From: Alphaproteobacteria bacterium
GTDB lineage: Bacteria; Pseudomonadota; Alphaproteobacteria; UBA2966
Direction of reading: 5' to 3'
DNA length: 64,000 nucleotides
NCBI GenBank assembly: GCA_965242505.1
Contig: OZ251449.1
Location: forward strand, 3,598,630-3,662,629
The translations under genes and the position numbers were made by a program. This document shows, piece after piece, positions 9,523 through 18,984 of the stretch (position 1 is its first letter; the number at the start of each line of letters is the position of its first letter). The notes under the pieces are model-generated. The model was given only the letters and a program-made list of their open reading frames with translations, was not told the origin of the DNA and searched no databases.

Positions 9523-10896
9523 TCATGTTCGTATCCCTTCGGCTGTGAGCCTGGCGATGAGCTGCTCCTGCGAGCCCGCGCCCTTCATGGAGTTGCATGC
9601 GCCACAGAGCAGTTGCAGGTTGTCGAGATGGCCACTCCCGCCCCTCGAGCGTGGAATGACGTGATCGACGGTCAGGTTGCGGAACGGGAACAGGATGCGA
9701 CACCCGCTGCACACACCTTCCTGTCGTCCGTAGAGCGAATGTTTGTGCGTCCGATAGTTGGGAAGTTCGCCCAGGTCCGTCCGCGCCGGAACGTCCTCCC
9801 GGTGCGCCACGTCGTTGAACAACGGCCCCCTGTCGTCGCGCAGGCGCTTGAGCACGAGCCGCGCCGCGAGCGGGGACAGATCGATGCCTGACCACTCGCG
9901 ATTGAGCCTGTCGGCCGCCACGAGCGCAGTGGCGCACCCGCAGAAGGGGTCGAGCACCATGTCGCCCTCGTTGCTGCTGGCGCGGATAATGCGGTCGAGC
10001 AAGGCGATGGGCTTCTGGGTCGGATAGCCGGTTGCCTCGCCTTTCTCGGTCACAGGATTAGCCACCCACAGGTCATCGACCGCTCGTCCCTGCTGTTCGT
10101 CCAAGTATCGTTTGAGGACGGGAACATTGCCCGGCGCGGTTTGAATGATCCGGCCCTTTTCGTATTCCGCCATCATCCGCTCGCGTGTCCAGCGCCACAC
10201 CCGAACGATCCCGAGGAATTCGTAAGTCAGATTCGGGCGATCCTTGTTCGGGTTCGCCAGGTTGTCGTGGCGGTAGCGCCGCCCGGTGCCCTCTTCGACG
10301 TAGCGGTAGAACTTCCGCACGTATTCAGGATCATGCGGCTCAAATTGCGGGTTCCAGCAGGGGCTGTCCCCGCGTGTGTAGAACAGTAGGGTGTCATGAC
10401 TGGACGCAAAGCGTGTTGACGCGAGGCCCTTCGCCGTCGTTCGTCGCCACACGATCTCGTTGCGGAAGCGCGGCGCCCCGATGATCGAATCCATCAGCAT
10501 CTTGAGGTAGTGCGATGCGGTCGGGTCGCAGTGCAGGTAAATCGACCCGGACGGCTTGAGCAGGCGGCGCATTTCCAGCAGCCGCACGGCCATCATGATG
10601 AGGTAGGACTTCACTCCCTTCCCGTGGGCGAACCCGGCGGCGTCGATGATGGCGTAGAGCGCGGGCTGCCGGTCGGCTATCTCGCCGTGCCATGCCTCGT
10701 CCACGTCCGAGAGGGTCCAGGTGTCCTTGAACGCAGCCCCGGCGGCTTCGGAGCCGATGGGAGCCGAGTAGTCGCGGTTCGAGTTGAACGGCGGGTCGAG
10801 GTAGATCAGATCCACCGACTCGCTGTTCATGCCCCGCATGACGTCGAGGTTGTCGCCCGTCCACAGCGTCCGGTTGCGCCAGTTCGGATCACTCAC
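9523..10896 (-). CDS. DNA methyltransferase (beta-class, DPPF motif IV then DPFCGCAT motif I) fused to C-terminal HNH endonuclease domain; paralog 1
   Basis: 457-aa ORF; motifs DPPFNSNRDY, TQKP, DPFCGCATALVAA; C-terminal HNH block CSGCRILFPFRNLTVDHVIPRSRGGSGHLDNLQLLCGACNSMKG. Confidence 0.75.
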   Translation of the reverse strand: MSDPNWRNRTLWTGDNLDVMRGMNSESVDLIYLDPPFNSNRDYSAPIGSEAAGAAFKDTWTLSDVDEAWHGEIADRQPALYAIIDAAGFAHGKGVKSYLIMMAVRLLEMRRLLKPSGSIYLHCDPTASHYLKMLMDSIIGAPRFRNEIVWRRTTAKGLASTRFASSHDTLLFYTRGDSPCWNPQFEPHDPEYVRKFYRYVEEGTGRRYRHDNLANPNKDRPNLTYEFLGIVRVWRWTRERMMAEYEKGRIIQTAPGNVPVLKRYLDEQQGRAVDDLWVANPVTEKGEATGYPTQKPIALLDRIIRASSNEGDMVLDPFCGCATALVAADRLNREWSGIDLSPLAARLVLKRLRDDRGPLFNDVAHREDVPARTDLGELPNYRTHKHSLYGRQEGVCSGCRILFPFRNLTVDHVIPRSRGGSGHLDNLQLLCGACNSMKGAGSQEQLIARLTAEGIRT

Positions 10897-11153
10897 TGGA
10901 TTGTCCGCATGATGAATCTCGCTTCAGTTCCAGGTGACTGCGCCATCGCTCCGTCCGCTTCCGGCTGCGTGGCCGCGAAGATGCTACGGTCGAGGGCTTG
11001 CCGGGCATCCTCCCGGATTTCGTCACGCCGCCATATGTCTTCGATACGTTCGATTTCCGCCGGAAGGATGAGCCGTTCACCGATCCGTTCTTCGAGCTCC
11101 GGCTGTTTTCCGCATATGAAAGGAATTGGACCGACCCGCGCACGGTCGGTCAT
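10893..11153 (-). CDS. conserved small hypothetical protein (86 aa) translationally coupled to methyltransferase-HNH gene; paralog 1
   Basis: ORF overlaps the downstream MTase start by 4 nt (ATGA); 83/86 identical to 12490..12750. Confidence 0.45.
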   Translation of the reverse strand: MTDRARVGPIPFICGKQPELEERIGERLILPAEIERIEDIWRRDEIREDARQALDRSIFAATQPEADGAMAQSPGTEARFIMRTIQ

Positions 11154-11237
11154 CTCGTCCGTTCAGGTCCGCGGCCCTTGATCGGTCGGCGCGTCGCTCA
11201 TGGTCCGGGTCTCCCGTGCGCCGCCGCCTCGCCGGCG

Positions 11238-11279
11238 GTCGGGAAAGCGGCGTCAGGTTGCCACAGCGGGGCGGCGTTG
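11238..11279. repeat. 42-bp direct repeat (copy 2 of 3)
   Basis: Identical to 9317..9358. Confidence 0.85.
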
Positions 11280-11296
11280 TGGCCCGGTTCGCTTCG

Positions 11297-12493
11297 TCAT
11301 GTTCGTATCCCTTCGGCCTTGAGCCTGGAGATGAGCTGCTCCTGCGAGCCCGCGCCCTTCATGGAGTTGCATGCGCCACAGAGCAGTTGCAGGTTGTCGA
11401 GATGGCCGCTCCCGCCCCTCGAGCGTGGAATGACGTGATCGACGGTCAGGTTGCGGAACGGGAACAGGATGCGACACCCGCTGCACACACCTTCCTGTCG
11501 TCCGTAGAGTGAATGCTTGTGCGTCCGATAGTTGGGAAGCTCGCCCAGGTCCGTCCGGGTTGGAACGTCCTCCCGGTGCGCCACGTCGTTGAACAACGGC
11601 CCCCTGTCGTCGCGCAGGCGCTTGAGCACGAGCCGCGCCGCGAGCGGGGACAGATCGATGCCTGACCACTCGCGATTGAGCCTGTCGGCCGCCACGAGCG
11701 CAGTGGCGCACCCACAGAAGGGGTCGAGGACGATGTCGCCTTCGCTGGAACTGGCCTTGACGATGCGATCCAGGAGGGCGAGCGGCTTCTGGGTGGGGTA
11801 ACCGACGGCTTCGGGCTGGTTGCCGCGCAGCGCCGGAACGTCCCAATGATCCCTCATCCAGACCAGGGTGTACGGACCTCGTTCGTCTCGATGGATCTCG
11901 ACGTTGGAGAAACCGTACTCGTGACTCAGGCGCGACTTCTCCTTCTGCGGATGGAACCTGTAATCGGGCGTCTTCGCATAGAACAGGATCGTGTCGTGCT
12001 TTCTTCCGAACCGTCGGTTGCTGACGCCTCCCGTTCTGTACAGCCAGACGATTTCGTTCAGGAAGTTCTTGCGCCCGAATACCGCATCCATGAGCGTCTT
12101 GAGATAGTGCGATGCGGTCGGGTCGCAGTGCAGATAGACCGACCCGGACGGCTTGAGCAGGCGGCGCATTTCCAGCAACCGCACGGCCATCATGATGAGG
12201 TAGGACTTCATTCCCTTCCCGTGGGCGGACCCGGCGGCGTCGATGATGGCGTAGAGCGCGGGCTGCCGGTCGGCTATCTCGCCGTGCCATGCCTCGTCCA
12301 CGTCCGAGAGGGTCCAGGTGTCCTTGAACGCAGCCTCGGCGGCTTCGGAGCCGATGGGAGCCGAGTAGTCGCGGTTCGAGTTGAACGGCGGGTCAAGGTA
12401 GATCAGATCCACCGACTCGCTGTTCATGCCCCGCATGACGTCGAGGTTGTCGCCCGTCCACAGCGTCCGGTTGCGCCAGTTCGGGTCACTCAC
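11297..12493 (-). CDS. DNA methyltransferase-HNH endonuclease fusion; paralog 2 with divergent central target-recognition segment
   Basis: 398-aa ORF; N-terminal about 140 aa and C-terminal about 170 aa nearly identical to 9523..10896, while the central about 90-150 aa are unrelated. Confidence 0.75.
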   Translation of the reverse strand: MSDPNWRNRTLWTGDNLDVMRGMNSESVDLIYLDPPFNSNRDYSAPIGSEAAEAAFKDTWTLSDVDEAWHGEIADRQPALYAIIDAAGSAHGKGMKSYLIMMAVRLLEMRRLLKPSGSVYLHCDPTASHYLKTLMDAVFGRKNFLNEIVWLYRTGGVSNRRFGRKHDTILFYAKTPDYRFHPQKEKSRLSHEYGFSNVEIHRDERGPYTLVWMRDHWDVPALRGNQPEAVGYPTQKPLALLDRIVKASSSEGDIVLDPFCGCATALVAADRLNREWSGIDLSPLAARLVLKRLRDDRGPLFNDVAHREDVPTRTDLGELPNYRTHKHSLYGRQEGVCSGCRILFPFRNLTVDHVIPRSRGGSGHLDNLQLLCGACNSMKGAGSQEQLISRLKAEGIRT

Positions 12494-12750
12494 TGGATTG
12501 CCCGCATGATGAATCTCGCTTCAGTTCCAGGTGACTGCGCCATCGCTCCGTCCGCTTCCGGTTGTGTGGCCGCGAAGAGGCTGCGGTCGAGGGCTTGCCG
12601 GGCATCTTCCCGGATTTCGTCGCGCCGCCAAATGTCTTCGATACGTTCGATTTTCGCCGGAAGGATGAGCCGTTCGCCGATCCGTTCTTCGAGCTCCGGC
12701 TGTTTTCCGCATATGAAAGGAATTGGACCGACCCGCGCGCGGTCGGTCAT
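12490..12750 (-). CDS. conserved small hypothetical protein (86 aa); paralog 2
   Basis: Near-identical to 10893..11153; overlaps the MTase start (ATGA). Confidence 0.45.
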   Translation of the reverse strand: MTDRARVGPIPFICGKQPELEERIGERLILPAKIERIEDIWRRDEIREDARQALDRSLFAATQPEADGAMAQSPGTEARFIMRAIQ

Positions 12751-12834
12751 CTCGTCCGTTCAGGTCCGCGGCCCTTGATCGGTGGGCGCGTCGCTCATGG
12801 TCCGGGTCTCCCGTGCGTCGCCGGCTCGCCGACG

Positions 12835-12876
12835 GTCGGGAAAGCGGCGTCAGGTTGCCACAGCGGGGCGGCGTTC
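12835..12876. repeat. 42-bp direct repeat (copy 3 of 3)
   Basis: Identical to 9317..9358; extended similarity to copy 1 through about 12895. Confidence 0.85.
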
Positions 12877-12929
12877 GGCAAACGCCCCGGACTCCCGGTC
12901 GAACCGGCCTGGCGCCTCGTGGAACAGCT

Positions 12930-13080
12930 CTCCTCCCCCCTGGCGTGACCCCCACCCCGACCCTCCCCCTGCAAGGGGGAGGGAGAAGAAGGGGACGCGG
13001 AGGGAGCCGTCGACGCTCCTCCTCCCCTGACCATTCATACTCCTCCCCCCTGACAGGGGGGAGGTCGGGAGGGGGGTGAG
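12930..13080. repeat. REP-like palindromic element cluster
   Basis: GGCGTGACCCCCACCCCGACCCTCCCCCTGCAAGGGGGAGGGAGAAG ... CCCCTGACAGGGGGGAGGTCGGGAGGGGGG. Confidence 0.8.
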
Positions 13081-13223
13081 CGCCGGAGGCCGCCGCGCCC
13101 GCGCCGCCCGTCTCCCGGCTCGGCCGGCCCGCCGGGACGTACACGATATTGACTTATGTGGCGGTCATGAACATTCTCATGACCTTCACAACGGTCAATT
13201 CCGGTCATATGGAGTCCGGTCGC

Positions 13224-13559
13224 ATGGCGAACAGACCGCGCGCCTACTCGCGTCTCACCAGGGAGGCGCTGGTCCTTCTGGGCAAGCAGATCAGGCTCGC
13301 CCGCAAGGGGCGGCGCATGTCCGAACACGATCTCGCCGCCCGGGCCGGTATCGCCAGGAGCACCCTGCAACGCATCGAGAAGGGCGACCCTTCGGTCGAG
13401 ATCGGCCTCGCGCTGGAGGCCGCCACCCTCACGGGCGTCGACCTGTTCGCGCCGGAGGCGACGACGCTGGCGCCGCGGATCGGCCGCGTCGACGACAAGC
13501 TCGCCCTCATGCCGGGCTCGATCCGCAAGACCCGGCGCAAGGTCGACGATGATTTCTGA
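13224..13559 (+). CDS. XRE-family helix-turn-helix transcriptional regulator
   Basis: ATG 13224 preceded by a GGAG RBS; HTH_3-like block (LARKGRRMSEHDLAARAGIARSTLQRIEKGD). Confidence 0.6.
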   Translation: MANRPRAYSRLTREALVLLGKQIRLARKGRRMSEHDLAARAGIARSTLQRIEKGDPSVEIGLALEAATLTGVDLFAPEATTLAPRIGRVDDKLALMPGSIRKTRRKVDDDF

Positions 13560-13664
13560 CGTATCGCCGCCACGGGAATGCTTCGTCTGAACGACCTCGC
13601 GTTCGAAGGACTGGAGGATCGGCTCGGCGACATCGTCGGGGACCTGCCCGACGGATAGCCCGCG

Positions 13665-13770
13665 TTTCCCCTGGCGGCGACCCCCACCCCGACCCTCCCC
13701 CTGCCAGGGGGAGGGAGAAGAGGGGGGGAGGGAGAAGGAGGGGGAGGTCGGGAGGGGGGTGGGCGCCGCG
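13665..13770. repeat. REP-like palindromic element
   Basis: Same family modules. Confidence 0.8.
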
Positions 13771-13844
13771 CCATGTGCTATAAGGCCGCCTGATCGGCGA
13801 GCGCCGCCGCCGCTTCGACTGGCCCGCGGGCCGCACGGGGAACG

Positions 13845-15479
13845 ATGTCCGAACGGGAATACGACTACATCGTCGTCGGCGCGGGGTCGGCGGGATGCGC
13901 GCTGGCCGCGCGGCTGACGGAGACCGGGCGGTTCCGCGTCCTCCTCGCGGAGGCCGGCGGCAAGGACCGCAACGTCTGGATCCACGTCCCCCTCGGCGTC
14001 GGCAAGCTGATCAACAACGAGAAGTACGCCTGGAAGTTCTTCAGCACGCCCCAGCGGCACATGAACGAGCGGATGATCTATTCGCCCCGGGGCAAGGTGC
14101 TCGGCGGGTCGAGCGCGCTGAACGGCATGGCGCACGTCTGGGGCGAGGCGGCCGTGTTCGATTCCTGGCGCGATTCGGGCCTGGTCGGCTGGGGCTTCGA
14201 CGACCTCAAGCCGTACTTCATGCGGCTCGAGAACAACGGCTACACCGATTCGCCGGACCGCGGCCACGAGGGTCCCGTCGGCATCACCGACCTCAAGGCC
14301 CGGATGCCGGATCCGCTGTCCGACGCCTTCCTGGCCGCCTGCGCCTCGGCCGGCATCGAGGAGACGCCGGACTACAACGGCGCCGCCTACGAAGGCGCGC
14401 GCTACCTGGAGCAGACGGCGCGCGAGGGGCGCCGCGTCACGACCGCCGTCGCCTATCTCCGCGGTCTCCGGCATGCGTCGAGGCTGGACGTCCGCACCGG
14501 CGCGCTGGTGGAATGGGTGCTGTTCGACGGTCGGCGGGCCGTCGGGATCTCCTACCGTCAGGGCCTACGGCGCCTGACCGCGAGGGCGCGCGGCGAGGTC
14601 CTGATCTGCGGCGGCGCCGTGAAGTCGCCCCAGATACTCGAACTGTCCGGGATCGGCCAGGGCGCGCTCCTTCAGCGCCACGGCATCCCGCTGGTCCACG
14701 ACCTCCCCGACGTCGGCGAGCACCTGAGCGACCATCTCCAGGTGCGATGCACCTACCGGACGACGTTGCCGATCACCATCAACGACGTCGTGCGCAGCCC
14801 GTACCACAGGGCCCGGCACGGGCTCCGGTATCTGCTGACCCGCAAGGGCCCGATGGCGGGCACGTCGTCCACGGCGCACGCCATCGCCCGGACGGACCCG
14901 TCGCTCCCCAGGGCCGACGCGATGGTCCGCCTCTACCAGATCAGCGGCGCGGACCGCTATTCCCGGAGCAAGGCCGGCGGCATCGACCCGTTCCCCGGCT
15001 TCACCATCGGCGGCTTCAAGCTCCATCCCGCCTCGCGCGGCTCGACGCACGTCAAGTCTCCCGACCCGGACCAGGACCCGGCCCTGAACCCCAACTATCT
15101 CGACGAACCGGAAGACAGGGACGCGGCCGTCCGCATCCTGAAGCTGATCCGGAGGATTGCGGGCCGGCCGGAGTGGCGGGACTACGTCGTCGAGGAGCGC
15201 CGGCCGGGACCGGAGGTCCGCGACGACGACGCCCTGCTCGACTACGTCAGGGATACCGGACAGACCGCGTGGCACACCGTCGGCAGCTGCCGCATGGGCG
15301 CCGCGGGATCGTCCGTGCTCGATTCGTCCCTGCGCGTGCGCGGCGTCGAACGGCTGCGCGTGATCGACGCGTCGGCGCTGCCGACGATCCCGTCGTCCAA
15401 CACCAACGCGGCGGCCATCGTCGTCGGCGAGAAGGGCGCCGATCTGGTGCTCGCGGACTCCGCCTCCGGCAACGTCTGA
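13845..15479 (+). CDS. GMC-family FAD oxidoreductase (choline dehydrogenase-like)
   Basis: 544-aa ORF; N-terminal FAD fold (DYIVVGAGSAGC) and a C-terminal GMC signature. Confidence 0.75.
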   Translation: MSEREYDYIVVGAGSAGCALAARLTETGRFRVLLAEAGGKDRNVWIHVPLGVGKLINNEKYAWKFFSTPQRHMNERMIYSPRGKVLGGSSALNGMAHVWGEAAVFDSWRDSGLVGWGFDDLKPYFMRLENNGYTDSPDRGHEGPVGITDLKARMPDPLSDAFLAACASAGIEETPDYNGAAYEGARYLEQTAREGRRVTTAVAYLRGLRHASRLDVRTGALVEWVLFDGRRAVGISYRQGLRRLTARARGEVLICGGAVKSPQILELSGIGQGALLQRHGIPLVHDLPDVGEHLSDHLQVRCTYRTTLPITINDVVRSPYHRARHGLRYLLTRKGPMAGTSSTAHAIARTDPSLPRADAMVRLYQISGADRYSRSKAGGIDPFPGFTIGGFKLHPASRGSTHVKSPDPDQDPALNPNYLDEPEDRDAAVRILKLIRRIAGRPEWRDYVVEERRPGPEVRDDDALLDYVRDTGQTAWHTVGSCRMGAAGSSVLDSSLRVRGVERLRVIDASALPTIPSSNTNAAAIVVGEKGADLVLADSASGNV

Positions 15480-15492
15480 GGGACGGCCGGAG

Positions 15493-16554
15493 TCAGGGCC
15501 GGAGGACCGTCCGGCCGACGACCTTGCCGCCCCGCCGGAGATCCTCCAGGACGCTCGTCGCCTCTTCCAGCGGTCGCGTCGCGACCGGCAGCGGCGCGAC
15601 CTTGCCGGCCATGACCAGGGCCATCAGCGCCTCCAGTTCCTCCAGGGAGCCGACGTAGGAGCCCCGCAGCGTGCGGTTGTGAAGGGGAAGGAACGGCAGC
15701 GGGAAGCGGAACCTGCCGCCGTACAGGCCGACGATCACCTGCGCGCCGCCGCGGCAGAGCGAGTCGAAGCCGAACTGCGCGGTCTCCGGGGCGCCGACGA
15801 AGTCGACCGCGGCGCGGACGCCGCCGCCGGACAGCTCCTTCACCTCCTCCGCGGCGTCGGCGGCGGCGTTGTCCACGGCGTGCGCCGCGCCGGCGTCCAG
15901 GGCCGCCCGGCGTTTCTCGGGGTCGATGTCGGCGACCACGATCCTGGCGCCGGTGAGGGCCGGCGCGACGTTCACCGCGTTGAGGCCGACGCCTCCGGCG
16001 CCGACGATGAGGAGGGTGTCGCCGTCGGCGAGCGGCATGACCTTCCGAAGCGCGCTGTAGACGGTCAGGCCGGAGCAGGCGTAGGTGCAGGCCAGCGCCT
16101 CGGGCACGTCGCCGTAGGCCACCAGATAGCGGGCGTGCGGGACGACGATGTGGTCGCTGTATCCGCCGGGCCGGCGCGTGCCCAGCGGACTCGGCGATAC
16201 GCAGTCGACCTCGCGGTCGTCCCCGCAGGCGCGGCACGCGCCGCAGCCGACCCAGGGGAAGACGACGCGCCTGTCGCCGACGGACACGCCGTCGGCGTCC
16301 GGGCCGAGGGCGACGACCTCGCCGATGACCTCGTGGCCCATGGTGAACGGGAGCTCCACGCCGCGGCTCTCGATGGTGGCGCGCTCGCCGTCGCCGAGAT
16401 CGAAGTACCCCTGCCAGACGTGCACGTCGGTATGGCACACGCCGCACGCCGCGACCTTGACGAGAACCTCCGCGCCCTGCGGGTCGGGGGTGGGGTGCTC
16501 GCGCATCTGGAGGGGTTCGCCCCATTCGACGATCTGGCAGCTTCGCATGGTCAT
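15493..16554 (-). CDS. zinc-dependent alcohol dehydrogenase (MDR family)
   Basis: 353-aa ORF; GHEVIGEV zinc-site block, GxGxxG NAD fold (VGAGGVGL), structural-zinc Cys cluster. Confidence 0.75.
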   Translation of the reverse strand: MTMRSCQIVEWGEPLQMREHPTPDPQGAEVLVKVAACGVCHTDVHVWQGYFDLGDGERATIESRGVELPFTMGHEVIGEVVALGPDADGVSVGDRRVVFPWVGCGACRACGDDREVDCVSPSPLGTRRPGGYSDHIVVPHARYLVAYGDVPEALACTYACSGLTVYSALRKVMPLADGDTLLIVGAGGVGLNAVNVAPALTGARIVVADIDPEKRRAALDAGAAHAVDNAAADAAEEVKELSGGGVRAAVDFVGAPETAQFGFDSLCRGGAQVIVGLYGGRFRFPLPFLPLHNRTLRGSYVGSLEELEALMALVMAGKVAPLPVATRPLEEATSVLEDLRRGGKVVGRTVLRP

Positions 16555-16634
16555 GGCCTCGACGTTTCGGTTTCCGTCCGGCGGCCATTGTGCGGGTTCG
16601 CCTGCGCGGAGTCACGGGCCGAGTCCGGCCGCGG

Positions 16635-16740
16635 TCCACCCCCCTCCCGACCTCCCCCCTGTTATGGGGGAGGAGTGATAATGGCTCCCTCTCCCTTGCA
16701 GGGGGAGGGTCGGGGTGGGGGTCGCGCCAGGGGGAGGAGC
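16635..16740. repeat. REP-like palindromic element
   Basis: Same family modules. Confidence 0.8.
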
Positions 16741-16757
16741 ATGAACGGCGCCCGCGC

Positions 16758-17783
16758 TCACCCCTCCGACAGCCGCGACAGCTCGTCCCGTTCGTGGCGG
16801 ACCAGCTCTCCCCCGCCCGCCAGCCGCACGCCGCGGCCGGCTTCCGCGCGGGCGATGCGCGTCGCCGTATGTCCGTCCGCGTCGAGCCGTCGGCGGGCGG
16901 CCTCGGCGGCCTCCGGCGAGAAGCCGGCGAGCAGGGCGCCGGAGGCGAGGACCCCCCACGGATCGAGGCCCAGCGCCCGGCAGATCCGGCGGCCGGGCTC
17001 GAACCACTGCACCGCCGCCTCGTCGACGACGAGCGCGACGCCCGACGCCTCCGCCAGCTCGTGCAGGCCGGCCGAAAGGCCCCCCTCGGTCGGGTCGTGC
17101 ATGGCCCGCGCGCCCAGTTCGGCCGCCCGCAAGGCCGGGGCCACGATGGAGATGCCCGGGTCCTCGATCGCGCGCGCGGCGGCGCGCAGGACGTCGTCCG
17201 GTATCCCCCGCGGGGAGCGGGCCGCCTCGGCGGCGAGCGCGGCGGCCCCCTCGACCGGCGCGGGGCCGACCTGGAGGACGGCGTCTCCGAGCGACAGGCC
17301 GCCGGTGGGCACGAACCCGCCGTCCTCGCGCAGGCCCATCATCTGCCCCACGACCACGGGCCGCGCGACGGCGTCCGTGACCTCCGTGTGTCCGCCGACG
17401 AGGGCCACGCCCATGCCGTCGAGCGCCGCGCGCATGGCCGCGAACAACGCCCGCGCCTCCGCGGCCCCGGTTCCGGGCGGCAGGAGGACGACGGCGAGGA
17501 ACCACCGCGGCCGGGCGCCCATCGCGGCGACGTCGTTGGCGTTGACGAGGGCGGCGTGGGCGCCGACGCCCGCGTCGGTGAGCGTGATCGGGTCGGCGGC
17601 CACGACCAGCGCGCCGCCGGGCACGTCGATGACGCCGGCGTCCTCGCCCACCGCGGGCGGCAGGCGGACCTCCGCCGCCGCCGCGGCGGCGCCGGACAGG
17701 AGCTCGCGGAGAAGGGACGCCGGCAGCTTGCCGGGACGGAGTCTCTCTTCGGACACGGACGATCCTCGGCCCGCATTTCCCAT
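16758..17783 (-). CDS. AIR-synthase-related (PurM-like fold) protein, HypE/ThiL-like
   Basis: 341-aa ORF with a PurM-like N-domain and C-domain pattern; start uncertain. Confidence 0.45.
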   Translation of the reverse strand: MGNAGRGSSVSEERLRPGKLPASLLRELLSGAAAAAAEVRLPPAVGEDAGVIDVPGGALVVAADPITLTDAGVGAHAALVNANDVAAMGARPRWFLAVVLLPPGTGAAEARALFAAMRAALDGMGVALVGGHTEVTDAVARPVVVGQMMGLREDGGFVPTGGLSLGDAVLQVGPAPVEGAAALAAEAARSPRGIPDDVLRAAARAIEDPGISIVAPALRAAELGARAMHDPTEGGLSAGLHELAEASGVALVVDEAAVQWFEPGRRICRALGLDPWGVLASGALLAGFSPEAAEAARRRLDADGHTATRIARAEAGRGVRLAGGGELVRHERDELSRLSEG

Positions 17784-17824
17784 GGCGGCGGGGATCGGGG
17801 AGTGTGCGGCGTCGCGGGACCGCG

Positions 17825-18000
17825 GTCCACCCCCCTCCCGACGTCCCCCCCTCTCCCTTGCAGGGGGAGGGTCGGGGTGGGGGTCACCGGCGCGCCAATT
17901 CGCACGCTTCGCACATCCTCCGGACCCCCCTCCCGACCTCCCCCCTGTCAGGGGGGAGGAGCGTCAATGGTCAGGGGGGGAGGGTCGGGGTGGGGGTCAC
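17825..18000. repeat. REP-like palindromic element cluster
   Basis: Same family modules. Confidence 0.8.
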
Positions 18001-18121
18001 CGCCGGGAGGAAGGAGCGCGAGCGCAACCGGGTCGGCCGCCTCCGGCGCGCCTTGCGGGCGGGGCCGCGCGCGCCTACCCTTCCGTCCGGCAATCGGAGG
18101 ATCGCACAGGGAGATTGGAGA

Positions 18122-18952
18122 ATGACGCACCCCGCAATGGCGCCCGGCCGCGTCGCCGTCGTCACCGGCGCGGCGAACGGCATCGGCCTCGCCGCCGTCA
18201 AGCGCTACGCCTCGTTCGGCATGAAGGTCTGCATGGCGGACGTGGACGGGGAGGCGCTGGCCGCCGCCGCCGGGGAGGTCGCGGAGATCGCCGCGGGCGG
18301 CGCCGGCGACGTGATGACGGCGCGGACCGACGTCGGCCGCCGCGAGGACGTCCTGGCGCTGAAGGAGGCCGCCTACGACCGGTTCGGCGAGGTCGCGGTC
18401 CTGATGAACAACGCGGCCACCCGGGCGCGGGCCGGAGCCCTCGACGGCCGCGAGGCGTGGGTGGAGTCGATGAACGTGAACCTGTGGGGCGTCGTCAACG
18501 GGACGCAGGCGTTCGCGCCCGCCATGATCGCGCAGGACACGCCGTGCGTCATCGTCAACACCAGCTCCAAGCAGGGCATCACGCTGCCGCCCGGCAACAC
18601 GCCCTACAACGTCGCCAAGGCGGGGGTGAAGGCCTATACCGAGCTGTTGCAGCACGAGCTCCGCAACGTCGAGGGATGCCGGGTGACGGCCCACATGCTG
18701 GTGCCCGGCTGGACCACCCGCGGCGGCTTCGAGCACCGGAAGGGCCAGTGGTCGCCCGACCAGGTGGTGGACAGGATGATCCCCGCGATCGAGCGCGGCG
18801 ACTTCTACATCGTCTGCCCCGACGACGACGTGACGCCGGAGATGGACCGCAAGCGGATCCTCTGGGGCGCCGGAGACATCGCCTACAACCGCCCGCCGCT
18901 CTCCCGCTGGCACGGCGATTACGACGAGGAGTTCGAACGCTTCGACGGGTGA
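18122..18952 (+). CDS. SDR-family short-chain dehydrogenase/reductase
   Basis: ATG 18122 after a GGAGATTGGAGA RBS; TGAANGIG cofactor motif and YNVAK catalytic motif. Confidence 0.75.
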   Translation: MTHPAMAPGRVAVVTGAANGIGLAAVKRYASFGMKVCMADVDGEALAAAAGEVAEIAAGGAGDVMTARTDVGRREDVLALKEAAYDRFGEVAVLMNNAATRARAGALDGREAWVESMNVNLWGVVNGTQAFAPAMIAQDTPCVIVNTSSKQGITLPPGNTPYNVAKAGVKAYTELLQHELRNVEGCRVTAHMLVPGWTTRGGFEHRKGQWSPDQVVDRMIPAIERGDFYIVCPDDDVTPEMDRKRILWGAGDIAYNRPPLSRWHGDYDEEFERFDG

Positions 18953-18984
18953 CGCCCGTTTCGGCCGGGCCGGCGGACCCGCGT

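Noticed and set aside
12782-13144. Small ORFs translating the repeats (PPSRPPPCQGGG, SPSPLQGEGRGGG; examples 4848..5099, 12795..13034, 19044..19316, 62151..62513)
   Set aside because: They coincide exactly with REP-like palindromic elements and recur in all frames and strands, so they are non-coding repeats.
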